Positions 8,819 through 21,052 of a stretch of DNA of 64,000 nt are shown here, piece by piece. Source of the DNA: an uncultured delta proteobacterium (lineage in GTDB: Bacteria > Myxococcota > Myxococcia > Myxococcales > Anaeromyxobacteraceae); NCBI GenBank assembly GCA_963814585.1, contig CAWFDF010000004.1, positions 192,001 through 256,000 of the forward strand, written 5' to 3'. The notes under the pieces were generated by a model. It saw nothing but the letters and a program-made list of their open reading frames with translations. It ran no database searches and had not been told where the DNA came from. The position numbers and the translations under genes are program-made. Position 1 is the stretch's first letter. Each line of letters begins with the position of its first letter.

Positions 8819-11800
8819 ATGGGCAACTTCTTCATCCGCCGCCCCATCGTGGCGATGGTCCTCTCCATCGTCATGGTGATCGTGGGCGCCGTGGCCCTCC
8901 AGGGCCTCCCCATCGCCAAGTTCCCCGAGATCGTACCGCCCATGGTGCAGGTCACCACCACCTACACCGGCGCCTCGGCGCTCGACGTGGAGCAGTCGGT
9001 GGCCACGCCGCTGGAGCAGAAGATCAACGGCGTGGAGCGGTCGATCTACATGAAGTCGACCAACGCCAACGACGGCACGCTCAAGATCGAGGTCAGCTTC
9101 GAGCTCGGCACCAACCTCGACATCGCCTCGGTGCTGGTCCAGAACCGCGTCTCGGAAGGCTCCTCGGTCCTGCCCCAGGAGGTGAAGCAGTACGGCGTGG
9201 TCACCAAGAAGTCGCTGGCCTTCCCCATGATGCTGGTGACGCTCACCTCGCCGGCGGGGACCTTCGACAACGTCTTCCTCTCCAACTACGCCAACATCAA
9301 CATCGTCGACCAGCTGGCCCGCCTGCCCGGCGTCGGCCAGACCCTCCTCTTCGGCGGCTCCGACTACTCGATGCGCGTCTGGATCCGCCCCGACAAGCTG
9401 CGCAACCTCGGCCTCACCGTCTCCGACCTCACCACCGCCATCCAGCAGCAGAACGTGCTGCAGCCGGCTGGCCAGCTGGGCGGCCCGCCGGCCCCCCCGG
9501 GCGTCCAGTTCACCTACGCGGTCAAGACCAAGGGGCGCCTGCTCGACGCCGACGAGTTCGGCCAGATCATCGTCCGCGCCAACCCCGACGGCTCGATCGT
9601 CCGCCTGAAGGACGTGGCCCGCCTCGAGCTCGGCTCGCTGCTCTACAACTCGGCGGGCCGGCTCAACGGCAAGGACGCCGCGGTCATCGCCATCTACCAG
9701 CTGCCCGGATCCAACGCCCTCGAGCTCTCCAAGAAGGTCCGGGCCACCATGGAGGACCTGGGCAAGCGCTTCCCGGCCGCCATCCAGCACTCCATCACCC
9801 TCGACACCACCGCCGCCGTCACCGCCGGCATCGAGGAGATCATCAGCACCCTCTTCGAGGCCGTGCTGCTGGTGATCCTGGTGGTCTTCGTCTTCCTGCA
9901 GAACTGGCGGGCCACGCTGATCCCGCTGCTGACCGTGCCGGTCTCGCTGATCGGCACCTTCATCGTCTTCCCCATGCTCGGCTTCTCGGTCAACACCCTG
10001 TCGCTGCTCGGCCTGGTGCTGGCCATCGGCATCGTGGTCGACGACGCCATCGTGGTGGTCGAGGCGGTCATGCACCACCTCGAGCAGGGCAAGAGCCCGC
10101 GCGAGGCGACCGAGCAGGCCATGAAGGAGGTCTCCGGGCCGGTGGTGGCCATCGCCCTGGTGCTGACCGCGGTCTTCGTCCCGGTCGCCTTCATGCCCGG
10201 CCTGACCGGCCGGCTCTACCAGCAGTTCGCCGTCACCATCGCCATCTCGGTCTGCTTCTCGGCCATCAACGCCCTGACGCTGTCGCCGGCGCTGGCCTCG
10301 CTGCTGCTCAAGGCGCCGGGCGGCAAGAAGTCGTTCCTGAAGCCCTTCTACGACGTCTTCAACAAGTACTTCGGCAAGCTCACCGACGGCTACGTCGGCT
10401 TCACCGGCATCCTGGTCCGCAAGGCCTACCGCAGCATGGTGCTGGTGCTGATCACCGCGGTGCTGGCGGTGGTCTTCGCCATGCGCGTCCCTGGTGGCTT
10501 CCTCCCCGACGAGGACGAGGGCTACTTCTTCGCCAACGTCCAGCTCCCCGACGCCTCCTCGCTGGAGCGGACCGAGGTCACCGTCAAGAGGGTCCAGGAG
10601 ATCATCCAGGCCCAGGCCGGCGTCGAGTACGTCACCGGGATCTCCGGCTTCTCCATGCTCTCGGGCGCCTACGCCTCCAACACCGCCTTCTTCTTCGTGT
10701 CGCTCAAGCCCTGGGAGGAGCGCAAGGCCAAGGCGGAGCAGGCGGCCGCCATCATCCAGGCCATCAACGGCAGGCTGCGGAAGGAGGTCACCGAGGCCTT
10801 CGCCTTCACCTTCGCGCCGCCTCCCATCCCCGGCCTCGGCTCGGGCTCCGGCTTCACCCTCATGCTCCAGGACCAGGCCGGCCAGACCCCGCAGGCGCTG
10901 GCCGACGCGCTGCAGAAGTTCATGGCCGGCGCCAGGGCGCGCCCCGAGATCGGGACCATCAACTCCATCTACCGGGCCGCCGTGCCGCAGGTGCTCGCCG
11001 ACCTCGACCGCGACAAGGCGGTCAAGCTGGGCGTCCCCGTCACCCAGGTCAACCAGACGCTGGGCTCGCTGCTGGGCAGCTCCTACGTCAACGACTTCAA
11101 CCGCTTCGGCCGGACCTACAAGGTGATGATGCAGGCCGAGCCCGAGTTCCGCGTCAAGCCGGAGAACCTCGGCCAGTTCTTCGTGCGTGGCAACTCGGGC
11201 GATCCATCCCGCTCGACACGCTGGTGACCACCAGGCCGCTCTCCGGGCCGGAGTTCACCAACCGCTTCAACCTCTTCCGCTCGGCCGAGGTGAACGGCGT
11301 CCCGGCCCCCGGCTACAGCTCGGCCCAGGCCATGAAGGCGCTCGAGGAGGTGGCCGCGACGCTGCCGCAGGGCTTCGGCCACTCCTGGTCCAACGTCTCC
11401 TACCAGGAGAAGGCGGCCGAGGGCTCCAGCGCCGTGGTCTTCGTCTTCGCCATCGTGCTGGTCTTCCTGATCCTGGCCGCCCAGTACGAGAGCTGGTCGC
11501 TGCCGCTCTCGGTGGTGCTGGGCACGCCCTTCGCCGCCCTGGGCGCCTTCTTCGGCCTCTGGCTGGCGCGCCTCACCCTGGGCCCGGCCTACGTCAACAA
11601 CGTCTTCGCCCAGATCGGCCTGGTCATGCTGGTCGGCCTGGCGGCCAAGAACGCCATCCTCATCGTCGAGTTCGCCAAGGAGTCGGTCCACGCCGGGAAG
11701 CCGCCCATCGAGGCGGCCCTCTACGCCGCCCGGCTGCGGCTGCGCCCCATCCTCATGACCGCCTTCGCCTTCATCCTCGGCGTGCTGCCGCTGGTGCGCG

Positions 11801-11994
11801 CCGCCGGCGCCGGGGCCGAGTCGCGAAAGGTCATGGGCATGGCGGTCTTCGCCGGCATGCTGGTCGCCACCCTGCTGGCCGTGGTGCTGGTCCCCGTGCT
11901 CTTCGTCACGGTGGAGCGGCTCTTCGGCGGCAAGGCCCACGAGGCTCCACCCACCCCCGAGGGCGCCGCGCCGGCCCCAGGAGGCCACCCGTGA
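8819..11994 (+). pseudogene. RND efflux permease (HAE1, AcrB/MexF-like) split by a single-base frameshift near 11203; true pseudogene or sequence error
   Basis: ORF 8819..11227 holds the N-terminal part (FFIRRPI, GIVVDDAIVVVE); C-terminal part (SIPLDTLV...AKNAILIVEFA...RLRPILMT) is in another frame ending 11994; GGC GA- TCC ATC CCG needs one extra base. Confidence 0.85.
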
Positions 11995-13445
11995 CCACCC
12001 GCCACCTCGCCCTCGCCGCCCTGCTGCTGGCCGGCTGCTCGGTCGGCCCGGCCTACCAGCGCCCCACCGCGCCGGAGCCCGAGGCCTTCCGCTACGCCGA
12101 CGTCAAGGAGGCGACCTCCATCGCCGACCTCCCCTGGTGGGAGCAGTTCAAGGACCCGACGCTGGCCGCGCTGATCACCGAGGCGCTGGAGAGGAACCAG
12201 GACCTGGCGCTGGCCGCGGCCCGGGTGCAGGAGAGCCGGGCGGTGGCGCGGAGCGCGGGCAGCGGGCTCTGGCCCCAGGTCGGGATCCAGGCCGGCGGGT
12301 CCTACGGGCAGCTCGTCTCCGAGAACGTCGACTCGGGCGCCGCCGTGGGCGGCAGGCTGGGGATCGAGGCCGGGGTGAGCTGGGAGCTCGACCTGTTCGG
12401 GCGGGTCCGGAGCTCCCGCGACCAGGCCGAGGCGATCTCCATCGCCACCGACGAGGACCGGCGTGGCGTGGTGCTGGCGCTGGTCTCCGGCGTGGCCCAG
12501 GCCTACATCGAGCTGCGCTCCCTCGACATCCAGCTCGAGGTGGCCCGCACCAACGGCGCCCTGCGCAAGGGGACGCTCGACCTCTTCCAGGCCCGGGCCA
12601 AGGGCGGCGTGGCCTCCGACCTCGAGGTGGAGCAGGCCCGCGCCGACTACGCGGTCACCTCGGCGGCCGAGCCGTCCACCGAGCGGCTCATCGCCCTGAA
12701 GGAGCACGAGCTCTGCGTCCTGCTGGGCCGTCCGCCCGGGCCCATCGACCGGAAGGTCGAGCGTCTGGAGCCGCCGATGCCCCCGACGCTGCCGGCCGGC
12801 GTGCCGGCCAGCCTGCTGGAGCGGCGCCCCGACCTGCGCTCCGCCGAGCAGGTGGCCATCGCCGCCACCGCCGGGGCCCGCGTGGCCACCGCCGACCGCT
12901 TCCCCCGCCTCTCGCTCGACGGGGTCCTCGGCCTGAGCTCGCTGTCGATCTCCTCGCTGGTCACCGGCGACGCCCTGCGCTGGAGCGTCGGCGGCGGCCT
13001 GTTCGCCCCCATCTTCGAGGGTGGCCGGCTCAAGGCCAACCAGGACGCGGCCTACGCCCGCATCGACCAGTCCACCGCGATGTGGCGCCAGGCCGTGCTC
13101 CGGGCGCTGCGCGAGGTCTCCGACGCCGCGGTCAGCGTCAAGATGTTCACCGCGGTCCGGACGCAGAACGAGATCGAGGTGAAGTCCACCACCAACGCCG
13201 CCCGGCTGGCCATGCTCCGCTACGAGGGCGGCGTCTCGAGCTACCTGGAGGTGCTCGACGCCCAGCGGCGCCAGTTCGACTCGGCCAACACCCTGGTGGC
13301 CTCCCGCCGCAACGAGCTGGTGTCGGTGGTGCAGCTCTACAAGTCGCTCGGCGGCGGCTGGCAGGAGGCGCCCGCGGCCACCACCCCGCCGGCCGGCGGC
13401 ACGCCGGCTCCCGCGCCGCCCCCGGCCCAGCCGCCGGTGCGGTGA
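11991..13445 (+). CDS. outer membrane efflux lipoprotein (NodT/OprM family)
   Basis: GTGA overlap; lipobox [43 protein letters not shown]. Confidence 0.93.
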   Translation: MTTRHLALAALLLAGCSVGPAYQRPTAPEPEAFRYADVKEATSIADLPWWEQFKDPTLAALITEALERNQDLALAAARVQESRAVARSAGSGLWPQVGIQAGGSYGQLVSENVDSGAAVGGRLGIEAGVSWELDLFGRVRSSRDQAEAISIATDEDRRGVVLALVSGVAQAYIELRSLDIQLEVARTNGALRKGTLDLFQARAKGGVASDLEVEQARADYAVTSAAEPSTERLIALKEHELCVLLGRPPGPIDRKVERLEPPMPPTLPAGVPASLLERRPDLRSAEQVAIAATAGARVATADRFPRLSLDGVLGLSSLSISSLVTGDALRWSVGGGLFAPIFEGGRLKANQDAAYARIDQSTAMWRQAVLRALREVSDAAVSVKMFTAVRTQNEIEVKSTTNAARLAMLRYEGGVSSYLEVLDAQRRQFDSANTLVASRRNELVSVVQLYKSLGGGWQEAPAATTPPAGGTPAPAPPPAQPPVR

Positions 13446-13474
13446 TCCGGCCAGGGCGACGTGAAGCGCCTCGG

Positions 13475-15118
<1,644 letters not shown>

Positions 15119-15182
15119 TGGCCGGAGGACCCGGCGCCCCCCGGTCGTGAAAGGCGGAGGGGCCCGGAGCCGCCGGCCCTCC

Positions 15183-16598
15183 TCACCTGGTCACGAAGAG
15201 GACCCAGGGCGTCCCCACCAGCATGAAGACCAGGAAGCAGAACCCGGTCGTCAGGGCGCCCAGGCGGTAGAGCTCGCCCTGCCTCAGGTACCCGCTCCCC
15301 ACGAAGATGACGTTCTGGCTCCCGCCCTGCGGCGTGATGGCCGAGAAGTAGCTGCTGGCGAAGAGCAGGGCGAAGGCCATGAGCGGCGCCGGCACGCCGG
15401 CCCGCATGCCGACGTCGAGGAAGACGCCGAAGAGGGCCAGCACCTGCGACGACTGGCTGACGAACAGGTAGTGCATCAGCACGTAGAGCGAGACCAGGGC
15501 CACGTAGGCCGCCGGCCAGGCGACGCCCCCCAGCCTCATCGCCAGCCGCTCGCCCAGGTAGCCCATGAAGCCCAGCTCGTTGAGCTGGGCGCTGAGCGCG
15601 AAGAGGACGGCCAGCCAGAGGAAGGTGGCCAGGGTGTCGCCCTCGCGGGAGATGTCGTCGAGCGTGAGGACGCGGACGGCGAGGAGCCCGCCGAGGCCGG
15701 CGAAGGCCACGCCGGTCACGTCCAGCCCCAGCGTCCCGGCCAGGACCCAGCCCGAGACCATGAGCGCGAAGGCCGCGGCCACCAGCTTCTCGTCCCGGCC
15801 GAGCGCCCCCATGGACCGCAGCGCCTCGCGGGCGGCGGCCGGCGCCTCCGGCGTCGCCTTCACGTCGGGCGGGAACAGCGCGTACAGCACCAGGGGGAGC
15901 AGCAGGATGGCCGCCAGCGCCGGGACCGACGAGGCCACCAGCCACGAGCCGAAGCCGATCCTCAGCCCGGCGTGCTGGGCCACCTCGATCCCGATGGGGT
16001 TGGCCGAGGTGGCCGTCATCCACAGGGCCGAGGAGACGGCCAGGCTGGCCATGCCACAGAACATCAGGTAGCCACCGAGCCGGCGCCGGGTCGGGTCCTC
16101 GGGGCTCGAGCCGGCGCCCTGCGCCAGGGAGAGCACGATCGGGTAGATCACGCCGCCTCGCGCGGTGTTGCTCGGGAAGGCCGGCGCGATGAGCGCATCG
16201 GTGACGAAGATGCTGTAGGCCAGCCCCAGCGTGGAGCGGCCGAACACGCTCACCACCAGCAGGCTGATGCGCCGGCCCAGCCCCGACTTCACCACGCTCC
16301 TCGCCACCAGGAAGGCCACCACCACCAGGAGGACGCTGCCGTTGCTGAAGCCGGCGAAGGCCTTGGCCGGCGTCACGGTCCCGGTGATGACCGCGGCCGA
16401 CACCGCCAGCATCGCCGAGGTCAGGAGCGGGAAGGCGCCGACGATGACCGAGAAGATGGCCGCGGCGAAGATGGCGAAGAGGTGCCAGGCCCGGGGCGTC
16501 AACCCGGCCGGGACCGGGGCGAACCAGATGCCGAGCGCCAGGGCGAAGGGGGCCGCGCGGGTGAGGAGCGCGCGCAGCCGCGCCACGCGATCGCTCAT
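15183..16598 (-). CDS. DASS family anion/dicarboxylate symporter
   Basis: Polytopic membrane protein with PAFPSNTARGG, WMTATSANP, HYLFVS; start trimmed from 15183..17126. Confidence 0.88.
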   Translation of the reverse strand: MSDRVARLRALLTRAAPFALALGIWFAPVPAGLTPRAWHLFAIFAAAIFSVIVGAFPLLTSAMLAVSAAVITGTVTPAKAFAGFSNGSVLLVVVAFLVARSVVKSGLGRRISLLVVSVFGRSTLGLAYSIFVTDALIAPAFPSNTARGGVIYPIVLSLAQGAGSSPEDPTRRRLGGYLMFCGMASLAVSSALWMTATSANPIGIEVAQHAGLRIGFGSWLVASSVPALAAILLLPLVLYALFPPDVKATPEAPAAAREALRSMGALGRDEKLVAAAFALMVSGWVLAGTLGLDVTGVAFAGLGGLLAVRVLTLDDISREGDTLATFLWLAVLFALSAQLNELGFMGYLGERLAMRLGGVAWPAAYVALVSLYVLMHYLFVSQSSQVLALFGVFLDVGMRAGVPAPLMAFALLFASSYFSAITPQGGSQNVIFVGSGYLRQGELYRLGALTTGFCFLVFMLVGTPWVLFVTR

Positions 16599-17179
16599 GG
16601 CGTGGGGCCCCGGGCCGGGGTGGCGCGGGCCTCGCCGATGCGGGCCCGCCCCTTCAGGTCGACGGCACGCCCCTGGATGACCCCCTCCTCCGTCTCGACC
16701 ACCATGCGCCAGTGCATCTGGTAGGTCCCCGTCACCCCCAGGAAGCGGCCGGTCCCGCCCACGATGGTGCCGGTGACGGGCTGGCCGCTCGCGACCGGCC
16801 CACCGCTCAGCTCGCTGAAGATCTCGTCCCCGCCGTCGTCGGTCCAGACCGCGCGCCCCACGCCGCCGGTCAGGCTGTCGGAGAAGGTGATGGCCCTGGC
16901 CTGGAAGCCCACGCCCAGGCCGCGCTCCCCCGTGAGCAGCAGCGACCCGCCCAGGCGGGCCACCGAGGCCCGGCGACCGGGGCCGAGGTCGAGGGCCTGC
17001 CGCTCGCCGACCGCGGACCAGGTCCCCTCGAAGTGCCGCCACTCGCCGGCGGCCGGCGCCGCCTCGGGCGCCGTCGCCGGCTTGCTGCACGAACCGCCGC
17101 CGATGGCGAGCAGGACCGCCAGCCACCGCGCGCCCCGGGCCGGGCCGTTCGCCAGCTCGGTCGTCCCGGGGCGCCGCAC
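16595..17179 (-). CDS. putative exported/lipoprotein beta-barrel of unknown function
   Basis: Hydrophobic leader ending GGSC; TIVGGTGRFLGVTG motif; packed within the operon; start uncertain. Confidence 0.7.
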   Translation of the reverse strand: MRRPGTTELANGPARGARWLAVLLAIGGGSCSKPATAPEAAPAAGEWRHFEGTWSAVGERQALDLGPGRRASVARLGGSLLLTGERGLGVGFQARAITFSDSLTGGVGRAVWTDDGGDEIFSELSGGPVASGQPVTGTIVGGTGRFLGVTGTYQMHWRMVVETEEGVIQGRAVDLKGRARIGEARATPARGPTP

Positions 17180-17192
17180 GCGGCGGATCCTA

Positions 17193-18380
17193 CTACTTCC
17201 AGGTGTCGCGGCTCGAGAAGCTGTACTTCAGCGAGACCTGGAGCCGGAGGTCGGTGCCGGAGGCGTCGTCCTTGTCGATGCGCTTGCCCCAGAGGAGCTC
17301 CGGCCCGAACAGCAGGCTCGACGCCGGCGCGAACAGCAGGTTGGCCGAGGCATACTGGCCGCTCTTGAAGGCGTCGGCGTCCTGCAGGCTGGTGTTGTCG
17401 ACCGTGGTGCTGCTGTAGCCGAAGGAGCTGGTCCACTTCTCCGTCCAGGCGACGTCGACGTAGGCGAACAGCCCCAGCAGCGGCACCGCCTCCGCGTTCG
17501 GGTCGGCCAGCGTGCCCCCGAAGGCCAGGTCGGTCCCGCCGTCGTTCAGGTAGTAGGAGATCCCCTTGCCGCCCAGCACCGACAGCCGCAGCGTCGCCAT
17601 CGGGCCGACCTTGAAGACCGAGCTGACGTCGAGGCCGTAGCCCATCGCGCTGTCCTTGGGATCGCCGCCCGGGGCGCCCGGCGTGTCGTAGCCGAGCCAG
17701 CGCAGCAGGCCGGCGACCTGGAGGTAGCCCCACCCGCCCGTGAGCCGGTACTGGGCGGTGAGGTCGGGCGCCTTGCTGACGCCAGTGGGGTTGCCCCCGA
17801 CCGTCCCCGGGTCGAGGTCGGTGGCCGGCCGCTCCAGGGCGAGGGCGATGGTGTGCTCCTTCATGACGCGCGTGTACCGCACCTGGACGTTCCGGTAGAA
17901 GGACATGCCGGCCGGCCCCCAGTAGTCGATGATGTTGGGCCAGAGGTCGGCGTCCATGAAGAGGCTGTGGGTCAGGCCCGCCAGCACCGGGCCCCACTCG
18001 CCGTAGGCGTGGCGAAGGCGGACGCCGTTCTGGCCCCCCGCGTCGGGCCGATCGCTGCCCGAGGACCCGAAGAAGTCGAACTCGAGCCGGGTCTTGAGCA
18101 GGTCGCCGGCGACCGGCAAGGACGCCTTCACGCCCAGCCGGCTCTGGCGCACGCTGAAGACGGTCTCGCCGTCGCTGCCGTACTGGCCGTCGGCGGTGGG
18201 GATGCGGCTGGGCCGCAGCGTGGCGTTCCAGTCCGACCTGACCCGGTTGAAGTCCTGGATGAGATCGGCCTGGGCGAAGCCGTAGACCTCGAAGGAGGGC
18301 TTGCTGCCTCCCTCCTGGGCCCGTCCCGGGGCCGGGAGCAGTGTCACGGCGGCCAGGGCCGCCAGCAGGATGATCCGCAT
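17193..18380 (-). CDS. DcaP-like outer membrane porin
   Basis: Signal peptide; YGFAQAD, SVRQSRLG, EFDFFG, RLRHAYG, C-terminal aromatic strand KYSF. Confidence 0.8.
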   Translation of the reverse strand: MRIILLAALAAVTLLPAPGRAQEGGSKPSFEVYGFAQADLIQDFNRVRSDWNATLRPSRIPTADGQYGSDGETVFSVRQSRLGVKASLPVAGDLLKTRLEFDFFGSSGSDRPDAGGQNGVRLRHAYGEWGPVLAGLTHSLFMDADLWPNIIDYWGPAGMSFYRNVQVRYTRVMKEHTIALALERPATDLDPGTVGGNPTGVSKAPDLTAQYRLTGGWGYLQVAGLLRWLGYDTPGAPGGDPKDSAMGYGLDVSSVFKVGPMATLRLSVLGGKGISYYLNDGGTDLAFGGTLADPNAEAVPLLGLFAYVDVAWTEKWTSSFGYSSTTVDNTSLQDADAFKSGQYASANLLFAPASSLLFGPELLWGKRIDKDDASGTDLRLQVSLKYSFSSRDTWK

Positions 18381-18390
18381 GGTCGTCTCC

Positions 18391-19482
18391 TCAGTATTCC
18401 TCGAAGTACTTCTGGATCGCCTTGATGTCGGTGGTCCTGGTGAGCGCCTGCTGCAGCAGCACGCGCGCCTTCGGCGGGTTGAGCTCCAGGGCGGCCACGA
18501 AGCCGAGCTTGTCGTCGTCGAGCTCCACGTTGCGGGCCACGGTGCCGGTGCCCACCCGCGTGCTGCGCACCACCACCACCCCCTTCCTGGCGGCGGCGGC
18601 CAGCGCGTCGATCATGGGCGCGGTGGCGTTCCCGTCGCCGACGCCGGCCAGCACGATCCCCTTGGCCCCGGCGGCCACCGCGGCCTCCACCGGCTCCTTG
18701 CCGACGTTGGCGTGGGCGTAGACGATGGCCACGTTGGGGAGCGCGTCGGGCACGTTCCCGGCGAAGGCGCTGCCGCTGGTGTGCTTCGGCACCGGCGGCG
18801 AGTAGAAGTTGGCCTTGCCGAAGAGCACGATGCCGGCCTTGCCCCGGTTGGGCGAGACGAAGGTCTGCAGCGAGGTGGCGTTGGTCTTGGTGGACTCACG
18901 CGCGTAGTGGATGTCGTCGTTGAGCACGCAGAGGACGCCGCGCCCCCGGGCCGCCTTGTCGATGGCCACGGCGGTGCCGTTGAAGAGGTTCATGGGGCCG
19001 TCGGCGGAGATGGCCGTGGCCGGCCGCATCGAGCCGACCAGCACCACCGGCTTGTCGCCCTTCACCACCAGGTTGAGGAAGTAGCCGGTCTCCTCCATGG
19101 TGTCGGTGCCGTGGGTGATGACGATGCCGTCCACGCCGGCCTGGGCCTGCAGCTCGTTCACGCGGCGCGCCAGCTTGATCCAGACGGCGTCGTTCATGTC
19201 CTGGCTGCCGATGCTGGCGATCTGCTCGCCCTTCACGATGGCCAGCTTCTCCATGCCGGGGACCCCCTTGATGAGGGCGTCCACCGAGAAGCTGCCGGAC
19301 TTGTAGCCGGCCTCCCCCTCCTTGGGCTGGGCGCCGGCGATGGTGCCGCCGGTGGCGAGGATCATCACGCCCGGCCTGGCGGGCGCCGGCGCGGGCTTCG
19401 GGGCCTGGGCGGCGCCGGGAACGGCGGCCAGCGCCAGCGCCACCACCAGCGAGAGTCGGATGCTGCGGTTCGTCGTGCTCAT
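18391..19482 (-). CDS. ansB: periplasmic type II L-asparaginase
   Basis: Signal peptide; ATGGTIAG, IGSQDM, THGTDTMEET, GSMRP, ADGPMNL. Confidence 0.92.
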   Translation of the reverse strand: MSTTNRSIRLSLVVALALAAVPGAAQAPKPAPAPARPGVMILATGGTIAGAQPKEGEAGYKSGSFSVDALIKGVPGMEKLAIVKGEQIASIGSQDMNDAVWIKLARRVNELQAQAGVDGIVITHGTDTMEETGYFLNLVVKGDKPVVLVGSMRPATAISADGPMNLFNGTAVAIDKAARGRGVLCVLNDDIHYARESTKTNATSLQTFVSPNRGKAGIVLFGKANFYSPPVPKHTSGSAFAGNVPDALPNVAIVYAHANVGKEPVEAAVAAGAKGIVLAGVGDGNATAPMIDALAAAARKGVVVVRSTRVGTGTVARNVELDDDKLGFVAALELNPPKARVLLQQALTRTTDIKAIQKYFEEY

Positions 19483-19550
19483 GGGCGTCTCCTCACCTGC
19501 TCCTGGCGCCGCACCCCGGCGCCCTGCGGGTCCAGCGGGTCACGTCGCGG

Positions 19551-21014
19551 TCAGGCCTTGCCCTTCTCCTGGTCGGACTCCTTGAACCACACCTCGTCGT
19601 GCTTCATGGCCTTGGCGCCGGCGATGCCCGGCTTGGTCATCTCGAAGGGGTCGAGGATGGCGTCGAGCTGCGCCTGGGTGAGGACCTGGTCCCGGAGGAT
19701 CAGCTCCCGCACCGGCTTGCCGGAGACGTTGGCCTCCCGGGCGATGCGCGCCGCCGTCTCGTAGCCGACGTGCGGGTTGATGGCGGTGATGACGCCCACG
19801 CTGTTGTCCACGTAGGCCTTCATCCGCTCGGCGTTGGCGGTGAGCCCCTCCACCAGGAACTTCCGGAAGACCACGAAGGCGTTGGTCATGATGCTGATGG
19901 ACTGGAGCAGGTTGAAGACCAGCACCGGCTCCATCACGTTGAGCTCGAACTGGCCGGCCTCGGAGGCGAGGCAGATGGTGTGGTCGTTGCCGATGACCTG
20001 GAAGGCCACCTGGTTCACCACCTCGGCCATGACCGGGTTGACCTTGCCCGGCATGATCGACGACCCGGGCTGCCGGGCCGGCAGGTTGAGCTCGCCCAGG
20101 CCGCAGCGCGGGCCGGAGGCCATCAGCCGCAGGTCGTTGGCGATCTTGGAGAGGTTCATCATGCAGACCTTGAGGGCCGCCGAGACCTCGGTGTAGCTGT
20201 CGGTGTTCTGGGTGGCGTCGACCAGGTCCTCGGCGGTCTTGATGGGGAAGCCCGAGAACTCGGCCAGGTACTTCACCACCGCGGCGATGTAGGCCGGGTC
20301 GGCGTTGAGGCCGGTGCCGACCGCGGTGGCCCCCATGTTGACCTCGGCCAGCTGCTTGCCCACGCCGCGGATCCGCTCCAGGTCGCGGCCGATGACCCGC
20401 CGGTAGGCCCCGAACTCCTGGCCGAGGCGGATGGGCACGGCGTCCTGCAGGTGGGTGCGCCCCATCTTGATGATGCCGTGGAACTCCTTCTCCTTGGCGG
20501 CGAAGGCGTCGTGGAGCCGCTGCAGCTCCGCCAGCAGGGCCTTGCCCAGGTCGAGCGTCGCCAGGTGGATGCCGGTGGGGAAGGCGTCGTTGGTGGACTG
20601 CGCCATGTTGACGTGGCTGTTGGGGCTGATGACGTCGTACTTGCCCTTGGCGTGCCCGAGCAGCTCGAGGGCCCGGTTGGCGATCACCTCGTTGGCGTTC
20701 ATGTTGATGGAGGTGCCGGCGCCGCCCTGGATGGGGTCGACGATGAACTGGGCGTCGAGCTTGCCGGCGATGACGTCGTCGGCCGCCCGGGCGATGGCGT
20801 CGGCCAGCTTCCTGTCGAGGTGGCCGGTGTCGCGGTTGGCCAGCGCGGCGGCCTTCTTGACGATGCCCATGGCCCGGATCAGCGCCGGGTGGAGCGGCAG
20901 GCCGGTGATGGGGAAGTTCTCCGCGCCCCGCAGCGTCTGCACGCCGTAGTAGGCGTCGGCCGGGACCTCGCGGTCGCCGAGGAAGTCGTGCTCGATCCGG
21001 ACGTTGCTGGCCAT
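19551..21014 (-). CDS. aspA: aspartate ammonia-lyase
   Basis: YYGVQT, QGGAGTSINMNANEV, QSTNDAFPT, KMGRTHLQDA, GSSIMPGKVNP, GQFELNVMEP. Confidence 0.93.
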   Translation of the reverse strand: MASNVRIEHDFLGDREVPADAYYGVQTLRGAENFPITGLPLHPALIRAMGIVKKAAALANRDTGHLDRKLADAIARAADDVIAGKLDAQFIVDPIQGGAGTSINMNANEVIANRALELLGHAKGKYDVISPNSHVNMAQSTNDAFPTGIHLATLDLGKALLAELQRLHDAFAAKEKEFHGIIKMGRTHLQDAVPIRLGQEFGAYRRVIGRDLERIRGVGKQLAEVNMGATAVGTGLNADPAYIAAVVKYLAEFSGFPIKTAEDLVDATQNTDSYTEVSAALKVCMMNLSKIANDLRLMASGPRCGLGELNLPARQPGSSIMPGKVNPVMAEVVNQVAFQVIGNDHTICLASEAGQFELNVMEPVLVFNLLQSISIMTNAFVVFRKFLVEGLTANAERMKAYVDNSVGVITAINPHVGYETAARIAREANVSGKPVRELILRDQVLTQAQLDAILDPFEMTKPGIAGAKAMKHDEVWFKESDQEKGKA

Positions 21015-21052
21015 GGTGCCCTCTCCTTCGTGGCGCCGTCCCCGGCGCGCGG

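Noticed and set aside
11190..11227. Programmed ribosomal frameshift in the RND permease (likewise in dapC)
   Set aside because: No slippery heptamer or homopolymer at either site
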